64,000 nucleotides of DNA from Eubacteriales bacterium (GCA_030524225.1 JAUNGV010000001.1:25916-89915); one strand, 5' to 3'; numbered from the stretch's first letter, positions 32,601-42,634 are shown. Numbers and translations are program-made. Notes: generated by a model from the letters alone, not told the origin.

Positions 32601-33231
32601 CGGATTCAAGATCGCAATGCGGGATCTGGAGATCCGCGGCGCAGGGAGCGTGCTGGGACGCGCGCAGCACGGACATATGAACGCGGTCGGATACGATCTG
32701 TACTGCAAGATGCTGGACGAGGCGGTGAAGACGGCGAAGGGCCTGCCGGTGATGAAAGAGCAGAATACGAGCGTCAATCTGCATGTCGATGCGTTCATTC
32801 CGGAGAATTATATCGTCAACGAGGTGCAGAAGCTCGATATTTATAAGCACATCGCGGCCATTGAGAGCACGGAGGACTGCGATGAGGTCAGGGATGAGCT
32901 GATCGACCGTTTCGGCGAGATTCCTATGCCGGCGAGAAATCTGCTGCGGATCGCTCTGATCCGGGCTGTCGGCCGCCACATGGATCTGGCAGAAATCACA
33001 GGGGCGGGAGGGACGATTCGCTTCATCCCGGACAAAAAGGCCCGGATGCGGGCGGAGAATATTCCGGCGCTGCTGCAGAGGTTTCAGGGGCGGCTGCGCT
33101 TTACGGCCAAAGGGGAACCGGCGTTTACCTACAGCTTCAAACCCTCCGGTGTGACGGAGAAGGATGAGGAGACGCTGCTGGCCGCGGCGGAGGAGGTGCT
33201 CGTGGCGATGGCGGAGACGCTGCGGGAGTAG
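29677..33231 (+). CDS. mfd: Transcription-repair coupling factor
   Basis: GDYVVHEEHGVG, CGDVGYGKTE, DEEQRFGV, TATPIPRTL, QLRGRVGRS, DLEIRGAG. Confidence 0.98.
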   Translation: MKLLTAPLRESKQYQAIASQLQRAGGAVYVDGCVESQKLHLAYALSVEEGVSSHARSRLFLTYSDQKAKELYEDFLFYDRNTVLFPAKDLIFYQADLRGKEIETERLKCLRRIVEGRPVTVVATMAALMTPQPPLSVIRDNILKIARRDLVNEAELADKLVSMGYEKTFQVERPGQFAIRGDIMDVFDLTEENPYRIELWGDEVESLRSFDILSQRSIEQLSGVSIYPATEMILPQRRLEDGVERIRKEAEQTERTLRREMRTEEAHRLKETVEEILEQALSWKDYSALESFVHYFYPQTENFLDFFDPERTILFLDEPKRGEEHAKAVELEFRESMTQRAEKGYILPGQMAFLRSADALRAQLERYRRAGLSALALSTSLMEGAQTFSIGAAGTSPYNNSFDTLRSDLTKYRMEGYRVLILSASRTRARRLASDLSEAGISSFYSENPDRILQPREVMTHYGRVLHGFAYPALKFMVIAETDIFGSEKKKKKKKKKGKYEGEKIHDFNELKIGDYVVHEEHGVGIYRGIEKIEVEHIAKDYIKIEYGAGGSLYILPTELDVLQKYASSGAAKPKINKLGTQEWANTRSRVQKAVAEVADDLVELYAKRQAQAGHPFTKDTVWQREFEEMFPYEETDDQLQAIEDTKRDMESTRIMDRLICGDVGYGKTEIAVRAAFKAVQDGMQVAVLVPTTILAQQHYNTFSERMHAFPVNVGLLSRFKSAAEQKKTIQDLKAGRCDIVVGTHRLLGKDVSFKSLGLLIVDEEQRFGVAHKEKIKQMKEDVDVLTLTATPIPRTLHMSLVGIRDMSVLEEAPGERQPIQTYVMEYNEEMVREAIVREISRKGQVYYVYNRVNDIAEVCARLQEIVPEARVEFAHGQMSETELEKIMYEFIGGEIDVLVSTTIIETGLDISNANTMIIHDSDRMGLSQLYQLRGRVGRSNRTSFAFLMYKKDKILKEVAEKRLSAIREFTELGSGFKIAMRDLEIRGAGSVLGRAQHGHMNAVGYDLYCKMLDEAVKTAKGLPVMKEQNTSVNLHVDAFIPENYIVNEVQKLDIYKHIAAIESTEDCDEVRDELIDRFGEIPMPARNLLRIALIRAVGRHMDLAEITGAGGTIRFIPDKKARMRAENIPALLQRFQGRLRFTAKGEPAFTYSFKPSGVTEKDEETLLAAAEEVLVAMAETLRE

Positions 33232-33236
33232 AAAAT

Positions 33237-33478
33237 GAGCCGTGTGGCTGTGGCGGATGTTGCAGTTCACGCGGGGGGCGAGCCGGGCCGTCGGCGCGCC
33301 TGCGCTTCGCTGCGGCTTGCCGTGTGGCTGTGGCGGGATATGCGAAATTACGCGGAGGCTGAGCCGGGCCGTCGGCGCGCCTGCGCTTCGCTGCGGCTTG
33401 CCGTGTGGCTTCGCCACATATTGCCCACAAGAAAGACAGTCTGTCATGTGCAAGCACATGCCCGGCTGTCTTTTTGCG
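33237..33478 (-). repeat. Structured repeat family B: ~81-bp tandem unit (two copies plus fragment) and a long hairpin
   Basis: Identical 50-mers at 33280-33329 and 33361-33410; GCCGTGTGGCT at 33239/33319/33400; CATGTGC-AA-GCACATG-capped stem near 33428-33478. Confidence 0.8.
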
Positions 33479-33497
33479 TGCAATGCCCGGCTCATGC

Positions 33498-33525
33498 TTT
33501 ACACGATTTTTACAAACATCTTACT
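33498..33525 (+). promoter_or_regulatory. Pho box (PhoP-type direct repeats) upstream of pstS
   Basis: TTTACA-N5-TTTACA-N5-CTTACT, 11-bp period matching the Bacillus PhoP TT(A/T/C)ACA repeat; TAAAAT at 33558. Confidence 0.7.
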
Positions 33526-33632
33526 TGTTCGTGATTTCTCTTGATGGGGGTTTCTTCTAAAATATGGTTCAGCAACAGAGAGAAACAAAGAAGAAGCGGC
33601 TGATGAATAGCGCTTCGAAAAGGAGGACTATT

Positions 33633-34574
33633 ATGAAGAGAAATACGATTGGTAAACTGGTCGCTCTGACGGCGGCGGTTAGTATGGTACTGGCGGGCTG
33701 CGGCAGCAGTTCTTCTACTACGGCATCGGCTGCGACGCAGGCGAGCGCGGAGGAGACCACCGAGGCGGCGCAGGCGGCTACGGAAGAAACCGCAGAGGCG
33801 GCGTCGACTGAGACGGCGGAGCAGACGGATGCGGATCTGAGCGGCAGTCTCTCCATGGCGGGTTCCACTTCGATGGAGAAGGTAGCGAACGCTCTGGCAG
33901 AGAGCTTTATGGCGAAATATCCGAACACGACCGTGACGGCGGAGTTCACCGGTTCTTCCACGGGCGTTGAGGCGGTTCTGGCAGGCAATGTGGATATCGG
34001 AAATTCCTCGAGATCGCTGACGGATGACGAGAAGTCGCAGGGTGCTGTGGAGAATATTATTGCGATCGACGGGATTGCGGTGATCACGGATCCGGCGAAT
34101 ACGGCGTCTGACCTGAGCAAAGAGGATCTGGTGGCGATCTACAAGGGCGAGAAGACGAACTGGTCCGAATTCGGCGGCCCGGACGAGCCGATCGTTGTGA
34201 TCGGACGCGAGGCGGGTTCCGGAACGCGCGGCGCGTTTGAGGAGCTTCTGGAGATCGAGGATCAGGCGGCTTATGCTTCCGAGCTGGATTCCACGGGAGC
34301 GGTGATCGCGAGAGTGGCGTCTACGCCGGGCGCAATCGGCTATGCATCCCTCGATGAGGTGGACGATACGGTGAAGGCACTCTCCATTGACGGTGTGGAA
34401 GCCAATGAGGAGAACATCAAGGCTGGCTCCTATGTGCTGAGCAGACCGTTCGTGATGGCGACAAACGGCGAGATTTCCGAGCAGAGCGAGCTGGTGCAGG
34501 GATTCTTCGCATACCTTTCCTCTGAGGAGGGACAGGAAGTGATCAAAGGTGTAGGCCTGATCCTTCCGGACTAA
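33633..34574 (+). CDS. pstS: Phosphate ABC transporter substrate-binding lipoprotein
   Basis: AGGAGG RBS; lipobox LAGC; AGSTS, GSSTG, REAGSGTRGAF. Confidence 0.95.
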   Translation: MKRNTIGKLVALTAAVSMVLAGCGSSSSTTASAATQASAEETTEAAQAATEETAEAASTETAEQTDADLSGSLSMAGSTSMEKVANALAESFMAKYPNTTVTAEFTGSSTGVEAVLAGNVDIGNSSRSLTDDEKSQGAVENIIAIDGIAVITDPANTASDLSKEDLVAIYKGEKTNWSEFGGPDEPIVVIGREAGSGTRGAFEELLEIEDQAAYASELDSTGAVIARVASTPGAIGYASLDEVDDTVKALSIDGVEANEENIKAGSYVLSRPFVMATNGEISEQSELVQGFFAYLSSEEGQEVIKGVGLILPD

Positions 34575-34600
34575 CAGCAAGACAGAACAGACTGACAGAG

Positions 34601-34690
34601 CAAAAAGATGAAAACGGCGGCTCTGCGCCGATCAGATGAGTAAGCAGTGGCTTTGTGCCGATCAGATGAGAAAGTGGCGGCTCCGCGCCG
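34601..34690 (+). repeat. Three degenerate 30-bp tandem repeats between pstS and pstC
   Basis: CAAAAAGATGAAAACGGCGGCTCTGCGCCG / ATCAGATGAGTAAGCAGTGGCTTTGTGCCG / ATCAGATGAGAAAGTGGCGGCTCCGCGCCG. Confidence 0.75.
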
Positions 34691-34736
34691 GGAAATAAGA
34701 AAGCGCGGGGCCGCACTTTGAAAAAAGGAATTCGAT

Positions 34737-35681
34737 ATGGCAAATACAAAGATCGTGTCGCTCTCGGGCGACGATGTCCGGTTCAAAAAAACAAATGCAG
34801 TTGAAAATTCCGCGAAGATTCTCCTGACGCTCTGCGCCCTTGTGGCGGTGGCGGCGGTGATCTGTATCTCCGCGTATATGATTATCAGCGGGATTCCGGC
34901 GCTTCTGCAGGTGAATCCGCTGGAGATTCTGTTCGGGACGGTTTGGGCGCCCACGGCGGCGGAGCCTTCGTTCGGAATCGCCTTCGTCATTCTGACCTCC
35001 ATCGTGGGCACAGCCTTTGCGGTGCTGTTGGGGGTGCCGGTGGGCGTTCTGACGGCTGTTTTTCTGGCAGAACTTGCACCGGCTAAGGTGGCGGCGGTCG
35101 TCCGTCCCGCGGTGGAGCTTCTGGCGGGCATTCCGTCTGTCATTTACGGACTTCTGGGAATGGTGATTCTGAATCCGCTGATGTATAAACTGGAACTTTT
35201 TGTATTCAAAGGCAGCACGACGCATCAGTATACGGGCGGCGCGAATATGATCTCTGCGGTGCTGGTGTTGGCGATCATGATTCTGCCGACGGTGATCAGC
35301 GTGTCCGAGACGAGTATCCGGGCAGTGCCGAAGGAGTACAGGAGCGGTTCCCTGGCGCTGGGGGGATCGAAGATTCAGACGATCTTCCGTGTTGTGCTTC
35401 CGACTGCGAAGTCGGGTATTATGACAGCGGTGGTGCTCGGAGTAGGACGCGCCATCGGAGAGGCGATGGCAATCACGCTCGTCTCCGGTTCGAGCGTCAA
35501 CCTTCCCCTTCCCTTCAATGCCGTCCGCTTCCTGACAACGGCGATTGTCAGTGAGATGGGCTATGCCAGCGGACTGCACAGGCAGGTGCTGTTCACGATC
35601 GGTCTCGTCCTTTTCGTATTCATTATGATCATCAATACCGTTCTGCTGAAAGTCAGCAGTGCGGCAGTCAAAGAGAAATAA
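34737..35681 (+). CDS. pstC: Phosphate ABC transporter permease
   Basis: ELLAGIPSVIYG, LAIMILPT, GRAIGEAMA. Confidence 0.95.
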   Translation: MANTKIVSLSGDDVRFKKTNAVENSAKILLTLCALVAVAAVICISAYMIISGIPALLQVNPLEILFGTVWAPTAAEPSFGIAFVILTSIVGTAFAVLLGVPVGVLTAVFLAELAPAKVAAVVRPAVELLAGIPSVIYGLLGMVILNPLMYKLELFVFKGSTTHQYTGGANMISAVLVLAIMILPTVISVSETSIRAVPKEYRSGSLALGGSKIQTIFRVVLPTAKSGIMTAVVLGVGRAIGEAMAITLVSGSSVNLPLPFNAVRFLTTAIVSEMGYASGLHRQVLFTIGLVLFVFIMIINTVLLKVSSAAVKEK

Positions 35682-35775
35682 AATAACGGCGCAGATACGG
35701 GAGAAAAGGAAAGAGGTGCGGACAATGGGAGCGCAGCAGACGCTTTACAGGGAATACTGGAAGGGACGGTATGAA

Positions 35776-36681
35776 ATGGCAGTGCGAAGCAGCGAGGGTA
35801 CGCTCGCAAATAAAGACAGTATCTTTCATAAGAAGAAACGCTCCGGCGAGGTGGGTATTCAGGCTCTGATCTGGATCTCTGCGGCCTTCTCGGTCGCTCT
35901 TCTGGTAGGAATTATTCTCTATATTTTCGTGCACGGGATTGCGATGGTGACGCCGGAGTTCCTGACGACGGTGACGAGTTCCATCAAACAGACGGTGGGC
36001 ATCGCCGGAAATATCGTCAATACTCTCTATATCATAGTGATCACCCTGCTGATCGCGACGCCGATCGGCATAGGATCGGCCATTTATCTGAATGAGTATG
36101 CAAAACCGGGAAAAATGGTGAATCTCATCAACTTTACGACGAAGACACTCTCGGGAATTCCGTCGATTATCTTCGGTCTGTTCGGTTATATCTTTTTCGG
36201 GACGACGTTAAATCTCGGCTATTCGATCCTGACCGGCGCGCTGACGCTGACGCTGATGATCCTGCCGCTGATCACCTCGAATACGCAGGAAGCGTTAAAG
36301 ACAGTGCCGGACAGCTACCGGCAGGGAGCTCTCGGGATGGGGGCGACGAAGTGGCATATGATCCGCACGATCCTGCTGCCGAGCGCAATGCCGGGAATTG
36401 TGACCGGCGTTGTCCTCTCGATCGGACGTATCGTCGGAGAGTCGGCGGCTCTCCTGTTCACGGCGGGCAGCGGATACTATCTGCCGAAGGCCGGTCTGGG
36501 CCTGCTCCACAAGATCCTCGAATCCGGCGGAACGCTGACGATTCAGCTCTATCTGAGCATGTCCAAGGCGGATTATGATGTCGCTTACGGCATTGCGGTT
36601 GTTCTGCTGGTGATCGTCCTGCTGCTGAACCTCTCGGTCAAGTGGATCGCGAGAATGAGCAGACGGGCGCAGGAAGGGTAG
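35776..36681 (+). CDS. pstA: Phosphate ABC transporter permease
   Basis: [30 protein letters not shown]; start position approximate. Confidence 0.93.
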   Translation: MAVRSSEGTLANKDSIFHKKKRSGEVGIQALIWISAAFSVALLVGIILYIFVHGIAMVTPEFLTTVTSSIKQTVGIAGNIVNTLYIIVITLLIATPIGIGSAIYLNEYAKPGKMVNLINFTTKTLSGIPSIIFGLFGYIFFGTTLNLGYSILTGALTLTLMILPLITSNTQEALKTVPDSYRQGALGMGATKWHMIRTILLPSAMPGIVTGVVLSIGRIVGESAALLFTAGSGYYLPKAGLGLLHKILESGGTLTIQLYLSMSKADYDVAYGIAVVLLVIVLLLNLSVKWIARMSRRAQEG

Positions 36682-36697
36682 TCAAGATAAGAAAGGT

Positions 36698-37480
36698 TTG
36701 GAATACAGTATGAATGCAGCGGCACTGAATTATGAAATCGAGTCGGAAAATTTAAATCTTTATTACGGGGAAAACCACGCTCTCAAGGATATTACCATGA
36801 AAATCCCGCGCAATGCGGTGACTGCGTTTATCGGACCGTCCGGCTGCGGCAAGTCGACGTTCCTGCGCACGATCAACCGTATGAACGATCTGATCGACGG
36901 GGTGACGATCAAGGGACGTATTACGCTGGAGGGAGAGGATATCTATGCGGATGGCGTTGATACGACGGTTCTCCGCAAAAAGGTGGGTATGGTTTTCCAG
37001 CAGCCGAATCCGTTTCCGATGACGATTTACAACAACATCGCCTACGGTCCGCGCCTGCACGGGATCACGAACAAGGCAAGACTCGATGAGATTGTGGAGT
37101 CCTCTCTGCAGAAAGCGGCTATTTTCGACGAGGTCAAGGATCGTCTTCACAAGTCGGCGCTCGGTCTCTCCGGAGGACAGCAGCAGCGCCTGTGCATCGC
37201 CCGGGCCCTCGCCGTGGAGCCGGACGTCCTGCTGATGGACGAGCCGACTTCGGCGCTGGATCCGATCTCAACGTTAAAGGTTGAGGAACTGATGCAGCAG
37301 TTAAAGAGCAGCTATACGGTGGTTGTCGTCACCCATAATATGCAGCAGGCGGCCCGCGTCTCCGATTACACAGCCTTTTTCCTGGTGGGAGAAGTGGTTG
37401 AGTTCGGACGCACGGATGATATTTTCAGCCGTCCGAAGGACAAGCGCACCGAGGAATATATCACGGGACGGTTCGGCTGA
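36698..37480 (+). CDS. pstB: Phosphate ABC transporter ATPase
   Basis: [42 protein letters not shown]. Confidence 0.97.
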   Translation: MEYSMNAAALNYEIESENLNLYYGENHALKDITMKIPRNAVTAFIGPSGCGKSTFLRTINRMNDLIDGVTIKGRITLEGEDIYADGVDTTVLRKKVGMVFQQPNPFPMTIYNNIAYGPRLHGITNKARLDEIVESSLQKAAIFDEVKDRLHKSALGLSGGQQQRLCIARALAVEPDVLLMDEPTSALDPISTLKVEELMQQLKSSYTVVVVTHNMQQAARVSDYTAFFLVGEVVEFGRTDDIFSRPKDKRTEEYITGRFG

Positions 37481-37655
37481 TTGGCCGGAGAGAGACAGGA
37501 CTGCAGTGACTGCGGCGCAGCATGTGCTGACAAACCTTGTGACGTTGATGTTCGGCCTCTCAGTGGCGGACAAGATTACGTCGCGTGGCAGGACTGCAGT
37601 GACTTCGATGAAAGATAAGAGATCAGAATAGAAACGTTCCGGCAGGGAGGGAAAG

Positions 37656-38360
37656 ATGGCGACAAGAACCGCTTTTGAGGAAGAACTGCGGGTGCTGAAG
37701 AATCTGGTGCTGACGATGAGCAGCCAGGTGCTCCAGAACTACCGCGATTTGTTTACGGCAATCAGACAGCAGGATGAGGAGACGATCCACCGCCTGATAG
37801 AAAATGATACGAGCACTAACAATATGGAACGTCAGATTGAGAGCAAGTGTCTGAGTCTGATCACGAAGCAGCAGCCGGTTGCCCGCGATCTGCGCACGAT
37901 CAGCGCCAGTCTGAAGGTGTGTACCGATATGGAACGGATCGGTCATCATGTCACGGACATTGCGGAACTGTCCGGGAGACTGCGGGGGATTCCGATTGAG
38001 GAGTATTCCGCCCATCTCGGGACAATGGCGGAGAAGACCGGAGAGATGCTGGCCTCTGCCATCGCGGCCTTTACCATGCGTCATCCGACGGATGCGCAGA
38101 GGGTGATCGATTCCGACGATGAGATCGACGAGGCCTTCAATCGCGTCAAGGAGGAACTGGTACTGCGGCTGCGGGAGAGCGCGCGGGGGACGGAGAGCGT
38201 GGAGCAGACAGCAGGGATGGACATCAGCGCGGCGGACGTCTGTGTGGATCTCCTGATGGTGGCGAAGTATCTGGAGAAGATCGGCGATCACGCAGTCAAT
38301 ATCGGAGAGTGGGAAATTTTCCAGGAAACGGGCGATATCGCGCAGATCCGTTTACTGTAA
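37656..38360 (+). CDS. phoU: Phosphate signalling protein PhoU
   Basis: QQPVARDLR, DMERIGHH, YLEKIGDHAVNIGEW. Confidence 0.95.
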   Translation: MATRTAFEEELRVLKNLVLTMSSQVLQNYRDLFTAIRQQDEETIHRLIENDTSTNNMERQIESKCLSLITKQQPVARDLRTISASLKVCTDMERIGHHVTDIAELSGRLRGIPIEEYSAHLGTMAEKTGEMLASAIAAFTMRHPTDAQRVIDSDDEIDEAFNRVKEELVLRLRESARGTESVEQTAGMDISAADVCVDLLMVAKYLEKIGDHAVNIGEWEIFQETGDIAQIRLL

Positions 38361-38483
38361 CAGTTGCGAAACCTCGGCCTTTAGGGTACACTGAAAATAA
38401 TGGATTGACGACAGGAGCAGGAGTTTGCGTGCGCGCAGGCTTCTGTATCTGTGTGAGTGGAACACCTACGGGCGGAGGATGAG

Positions 38484-40400
38484 ATGGACTTATTTGGAAT
38501 ACTGGCGATGGTAGGCGGACTTGCGCTGTTTCTCTACGGCATGCAGGTGATGGGCGACGGGCTCAAGAAAACGTCCGGCGGAAGACTGGAGACGATTCTG
38601 GAGACGCTGACGTCAAACAGATGGAAAGGGGCGCTTCTGGGCTGCGCCGTCACGGCGGTGATCCAGTCGTCGTCGGCGACGACGGTGATGGTGGTCGGCC
38701 TCGTCAATTCCGGTATCATGAAGCTGTCACAGGCGGTGGGCGTCATTCTGGGCGCGAATGTCGGAACGACGGTAACCTCCTGGCTGCTGAGTCTGACCGG
38801 TATTGAGAGTGAGAACTGGGTGATCCAGCTGTTTAAGCCCTCCAGTTTTTCCCCGGTGATCGGCATTATCGGCATTGGTATGCTGATGATGGCCAAGAGT
38901 GAGAAGAAGCGTGACATCGGCACGATTATGGTCGGCTTCGCCGTTCTGATGTACGGTATGGAGGCGATGTCTGCGGCGGTGGAGCCGCTGGCCGGAAACG
39001 AGAAGTTCACGAGTATCCTGACCATGTTCTCCCATCCGATTCTCGGGATGCTGGCGGGACTGGTTCTGACTGCCATTATTCAGAGTTCCTCCGCTTCCAT
39101 CGGTATTCTGCAGGCAATTTCGATGAGCGGGACGCTCACGATCGGCACGGCGATTCCGATCCTGATGGGAGAAAATATCGGCACGGCGGTGACGGCGATT
39201 CTCTCCTCTATCGGAGCGAGTAAAAACGCGCGGCGCGCGGCGCTGATGCATCTGTATTTCTGTATTATCAAGACGACCTTTTTCATGGTTCTGTTCTATG
39301 CGGTCAATGCGATCGTTCATTTCCCGTTTATGACGCAGATTGCGACGCCGTTTATCATTGCGATTATCCACAGTGTCTTTAATGTGGCGGCGGTCATGAT
39401 TATGCTGCCTGTCTCAGACGTTCTCGTCAAGCTGGCGCTCCGGACGCTTCCGGTGACGCCGGATGAGACGGAGGGGACCGATGAGGAGAAGCCGCTGCAG
39501 ATTCTCGACCCGCGTTTCCTGTCCTCTCCCTCCTTTGCACTGGAGCAGTGCAAGACGGCGGCGGGAGATATGGCGCAGTATGCCAAGGAATCGCTCTATA
39601 TCGCGATGGATCTCGTGCTGGATTATGTGCCGGAAAAGGCGAAGCGGGTGGACAAACTCGAACGCCTTGTGGATATGTACGAGGATCAGCTGGGATCTTA
39701 TCTCGTCAAACTCAGCGGCAGGACACTTTCGAATAAGGACAGTCACACGCTCTCGACGCTGCTGCACTGCATCAGTGATTTTGAGAGGATCTCCGATCAC
39801 GCGCTGAATATCATGCAGTCGGCGGAGGAACTGGCGAACAAGCCGCAGCAGTTCTCGGCCAAGGCGAGGGAGGAGCTTGTCGTTTTCTCAGCGGCGGTCA
39901 AGAATATTATGAATACGGCGGTTCTCGTGTTCCAGAACGATGATCTGGAACTGGCGCAGACGGTGGAGCCGCTGGAGGAAGTGATCGATGGCCTGAACAT
40001 GGAGATCAAGAGGCGTCATATCCGCAGACTCCGCAAGGGTAAGTGTACCATTGAATTAGGATTTACGTTTTCTGATATTACGACGAGCTACGAGCGTGTG
40101 GCGGATCACTGTTCGAACATCGCGGTCTGTCTCCTGCAGGTGAATGAGGACGGTTTTGATACGCATGAATATCTGGAGCGTGTGCGCGATATTGACAATC
40201 CGGCGTTTCAGGCACAGGTGGCGCGTTTTGAGAAGAAGTATGCCCTCCCCAAGATGAAGAAAGAGGATGTGGAGGCGCTGCCGACGGTGGCGGATCTGGG
40301 GGACAAGGTCATGCAGCCGGTGAAGCTGTCGGTGCTAGAGCAGGAGAGCCGGAAGAAAAAGGCGGGCAAAAAGGAAGCGAAGGATAAGAAGAAAAAGTAA
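38484..40400 (+). CDS. Na+/Pi cotransporter family protein with PhoU-like C-terminus
   Basis: Two QSSS repeats (VIQSSSATT, IIQSSSAS), GANVGTT/GENIGT, FERISDHA, YERVADHCSNIA. Confidence 0.93.
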   Translation: MDLFGILAMVGGLALFLYGMQVMGDGLKKTSGGRLETILETLTSNRWKGALLGCAVTAVIQSSSATTVMVVGLVNSGIMKLSQAVGVILGANVGTTVTSWLLSLTGIESENWVIQLFKPSSFSPVIGIIGIGMLMMAKSEKKRDIGTIMVGFAVLMYGMEAMSAAVEPLAGNEKFTSILTMFSHPILGMLAGLVLTAIIQSSSASIGILQAISMSGTLTIGTAIPILMGENIGTAVTAILSSIGASKNARRAALMHLYFCIIKTTFFMVLFYAVNAIVHFPFMTQIATPFIIAIIHSVFNVAAVMIMLPVSDVLVKLALRTLPVTPDETEGTDEEKPLQILDPRFLSSPSFALEQCKTAAGDMAQYAKESLYIAMDLVLDYVPEKAKRVDKLERLVDMYEDQLGSYLVKLSGRTLSNKDSHTLSTLLHCISDFERISDHALNIMQSAEELANKPQQFSAKAREELVVFSAAVKNIMNTAVLVFQNDDLELAQTVEPLEEVIDGLNMEIKRRHIRRLRKGKCTIELGFTFSDITTSYERVADHCSNIAVCLLQVNEDGFDTHEYLERVRDIDNPAFQAQVARFEKKYALPKMKKEDVEALPTVADLGDKVMQPVKLSVLEQESRKKKAGKKEAKDKKKK

Positions 40401-40454
40401 CGGATACGGGAACGGACAGCAGAGAGAAGCGCTTCAAAGGGAAGGGAGCCGTTT

Positions 40455-41129
40455 ATGGCGTTAGTGTATGTGCTGGAGGACGATCAGAATATCAGCGAGA
40501 TAGAGAAATATGCGCTGACAGCGTCTGCGTATCAGGTGGAAGTGTTTGCCAGCGCGGCGGATTTCTACCGGGCGATCGAGCAGGAAAGACCGGATCTGAT
40601 TATTCTCGATATTATGCTGCCGGATGCAGACGGCTATGAGATTATCCGGAAGCTGCGCGCCGACGCGCTGACGGCGGAGGTTCCGGTGCTGATGGTGACT
40701 GCCAAGACGGCGGAGATCGATAAGGTGCGGGGGCTGGATCTGGGAGCCGACGATTATCTGACAAAGCCCTTTGGCATTATGGAGCTGATTTCACGGGTCA
40801 AGGCACTGCTGCGCAGAGCGGCGCCCAGAGAGACGACGACCCTCCTGAAGGCCGGCCGGATCGCGATGGACGATGAGCGTCACAAGGTCATGGCGGCCGG
40901 TACGCCGGTGGAGCTGACCTTTAAAGAGTACGGGCTGTTGAAACTCCTGCTGGGAAATGCGGGAAAGGCCGTCTCCCGGGAGGAAATCCTGAACGAGGTG
41001 TGGGGAACCGATTTTGAGGGAGAATCGAGAACCCTTGACATGCATATCCGGACACTGCGCAAGAAGCTGGGAGAAGAGGGAGAGAGAATCCGGACGCTGC
41101 GCAACGTGGGGTATGTGATTGAACCGTGA
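40455..41129 (+). CDS. OmpR/PhoB-family response regulator (PhoP-like)
   Basis: EDD, LDIMLP, GADDYLTKPF, SRTLDMHIRTLRKKLG, GVGY-like end; pst context. Confidence 0.92.
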   Translation: MALVYVLEDDQNISEIEKYALTASAYQVEVFASAADFYRAIEQERPDLIILDIMLPDADGYEIIRKLRADALTAEVPVLMVTAKTAEIDKVRGLDLGADDYLTKPFGIMELISRVKALLRRAAPRETTTLLKAGRIAMDDERHKVMAAGTPVELTFKEYGLLKLLLGNAGKAVSREEILNEVWGTDFEGESRTLDMHIRTLRKKLGEEGERIRTLRNVGYVIEP

Positions 41130-41246
41130 GAACCGCGGGAATCGTGTGGGGCGTTCTCCGCGCATGGTTCCGGACAAGACCGTAATATCTGACGAAGCTG
41201 GACGAAATCTGGATAAAAATAGAGCAAAATACCGAGAAGGAAAACA

Positions 41247-42632
41247 TTGAAAAAGAAAATAAACCAGTATCTGATCGGGGTTTCCGCGTTTGCCATCGCG
41301 TTGACCCTGATTTTTACAACCTGCATTTTCTGGCGCGTGGAACTGGAGCAGGGAATGGAGTCTCTGAGGGAAACCACCCGTCTGCTGGCCTCTCTGGAGG
41401 GAGCGGGGCAGCCGGAGAGTCTGGCCGCCTATGTGGAAGCATGGGAGGAAAGAGGAGAGGGACTGCGTGTCACGCTGATCGCACAGGATGGAAACGTGCT
41501 CTATGACAGTGAGGCGGATGCCGCCGGGATGGATAACCATGCGGACCGCCCGGAGGTGGAGGAGGCGATTCGCAGCGGGACCGGAGAGGGAATGCGCTAT
41601 TCCTCCACCATCGGCGCTTCCACGATTTACTGTGCGATGCGAATGGACAGCGGAAGCGTGCTGCGCACCTCCATGACGACGGATGGCGTGCTGCACGCGT
41701 TTCTGCAGCTGATTCCGCTGGCGATTGTGATGATCGCTGTTCTGGTCGCTCTCGCCTCGGTGCTCTCCATGGTGTTGACCAGGCGGTTTATCGCGCCGAT
41801 CCGGGAGATGGCTCTCGATCCGCTGCGAAAGGAGACGCCGGAGACGTACCGGGAGCTGAAACCCCTGATGGAGATGATATCGAGCCAGCAGAAGGAAGTG
41901 CTGGCGGCGGCGGGGATGCGTCAGGAATTCACAGCCAACGTCTCGCATGAACTCAAGACGCCGCTCACGGCGATTTCCGGGTATGCCGAACTGATTGAGA
42001 CGGGGATTGCACCGGAAAAAGACGTGATGCGGTTCGCTCAGGAAATCCATCAGAATGCGGACCGTCTGCTGAAACTGATCAATGACATCATCCGTCTCTC
42101 GGAACTCGATATGGGGGCGGCGGAGCAGGACAGGGAGGAGCGTGTGGATCTGCACGCGATCGCAAAGGGATGCGTGGAATCCCTGCAGGTCAACGCGAGA
42201 AATTATGATGTCACGATTTCCGAGAACGGGGAGTGCGCGCAGCTGACGGCATATCGCCAGCAGATGGAGGAACTGGTCTATAATCTCTGCGACAATGCGA
42301 TCCGATACAATGTCAAGGGCGGAAGCGTGAGCGTGAGTGTGGAGCCGATCCATCAGGGTGAGGCGGCCTGTGTCTGTCTGACGGTGCGGGATACGGGAAT
42401 CGGAATTCCGAACGAACATCTGGGGAGAATCTTCGAGCGGTTCTACCGTGTGGACAAGAGCCGCAGCAAGCAGACGGGAGGAACGGGACTGGGGCTGGCG
42501 ATCGTCAAGCATATCGTCGCGCAGGCGGGCGGCACGATCCGGATCAGGAGCACAGTCGGCAAAGGAACCACGATCACGGTGCTGCTCCCGGAGGAGAGAG
42601 GAAGCAGACTGGAGAACGGGAATGGAGCGTAA
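41247..42632 (+). CDS. Sensor histidine kinase (PhoR-like)
   Basis: Two TM segments, MDNHADRPEV, FTANVSHELKTPL, DNAIRYN, GGTGLGLAIVKH. Confidence 0.93.
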   Translation: MKKKINQYLIGVSAFAIALTLIFTTCIFWRVELEQGMESLRETTRLLASLEGAGQPESLAAYVEAWEERGEGLRVTLIAQDGNVLYDSEADAAGMDNHADRPEVEEAIRSGTGEGMRYSSTIGASTIYCAMRMDSGSVLRTSMTTDGVLHAFLQLIPLAIVMIAVLVALASVLSMVLTRRFIAPIREMALDPLRKETPETYRELKPLMEMISSQQKEVLAAAGMRQEFTANVSHELKTPLTAISGYAELIETGIAPEKDVMRFAQEIHQNADRLLKLINDIIRLSELDMGAAEQDREERVDLHAIAKGCVESLQVNARNYDVTISENGECAQLTAYRQQMEELVYNLCDNAIRYNVKGGSVSVSVEPIHQGEAACVCLTVRDTGIGIPNEHLGRIFERFYRVDKSRSKQTGGTGLGLAIVKHIVAQAGGTIRIRSTVGKGTTITVLLPEERGSRLENGNGA

Positions 42633-42634
42633 GA

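Noticed and set aside
20548-33231. Order prs/dnaC/dnaD/murC divergent from glgCD-spoVG-pth-mfd, unlike Bacillus
   Set aside because: Appears to be an ordinary clostridial core arrangement with no sign of recent rearrangement.
33237-33410. Repeat-spacer-like pattern suggesting a CRISPR array
   Set aside because: Only two full 50-bp repeats, the intervening segments resemble each other, and there are no cas genes; it is a degenerate tandem duplication.
31933-33495. Long antisense ORFs (520 aa here; also 40791-42512, 47486-49027, 16754-18199, 43712-44986)
   Set aside because: Shadow frames opposite well-supported genes, expected from GC-rich codon bias; no recognisable motifs.
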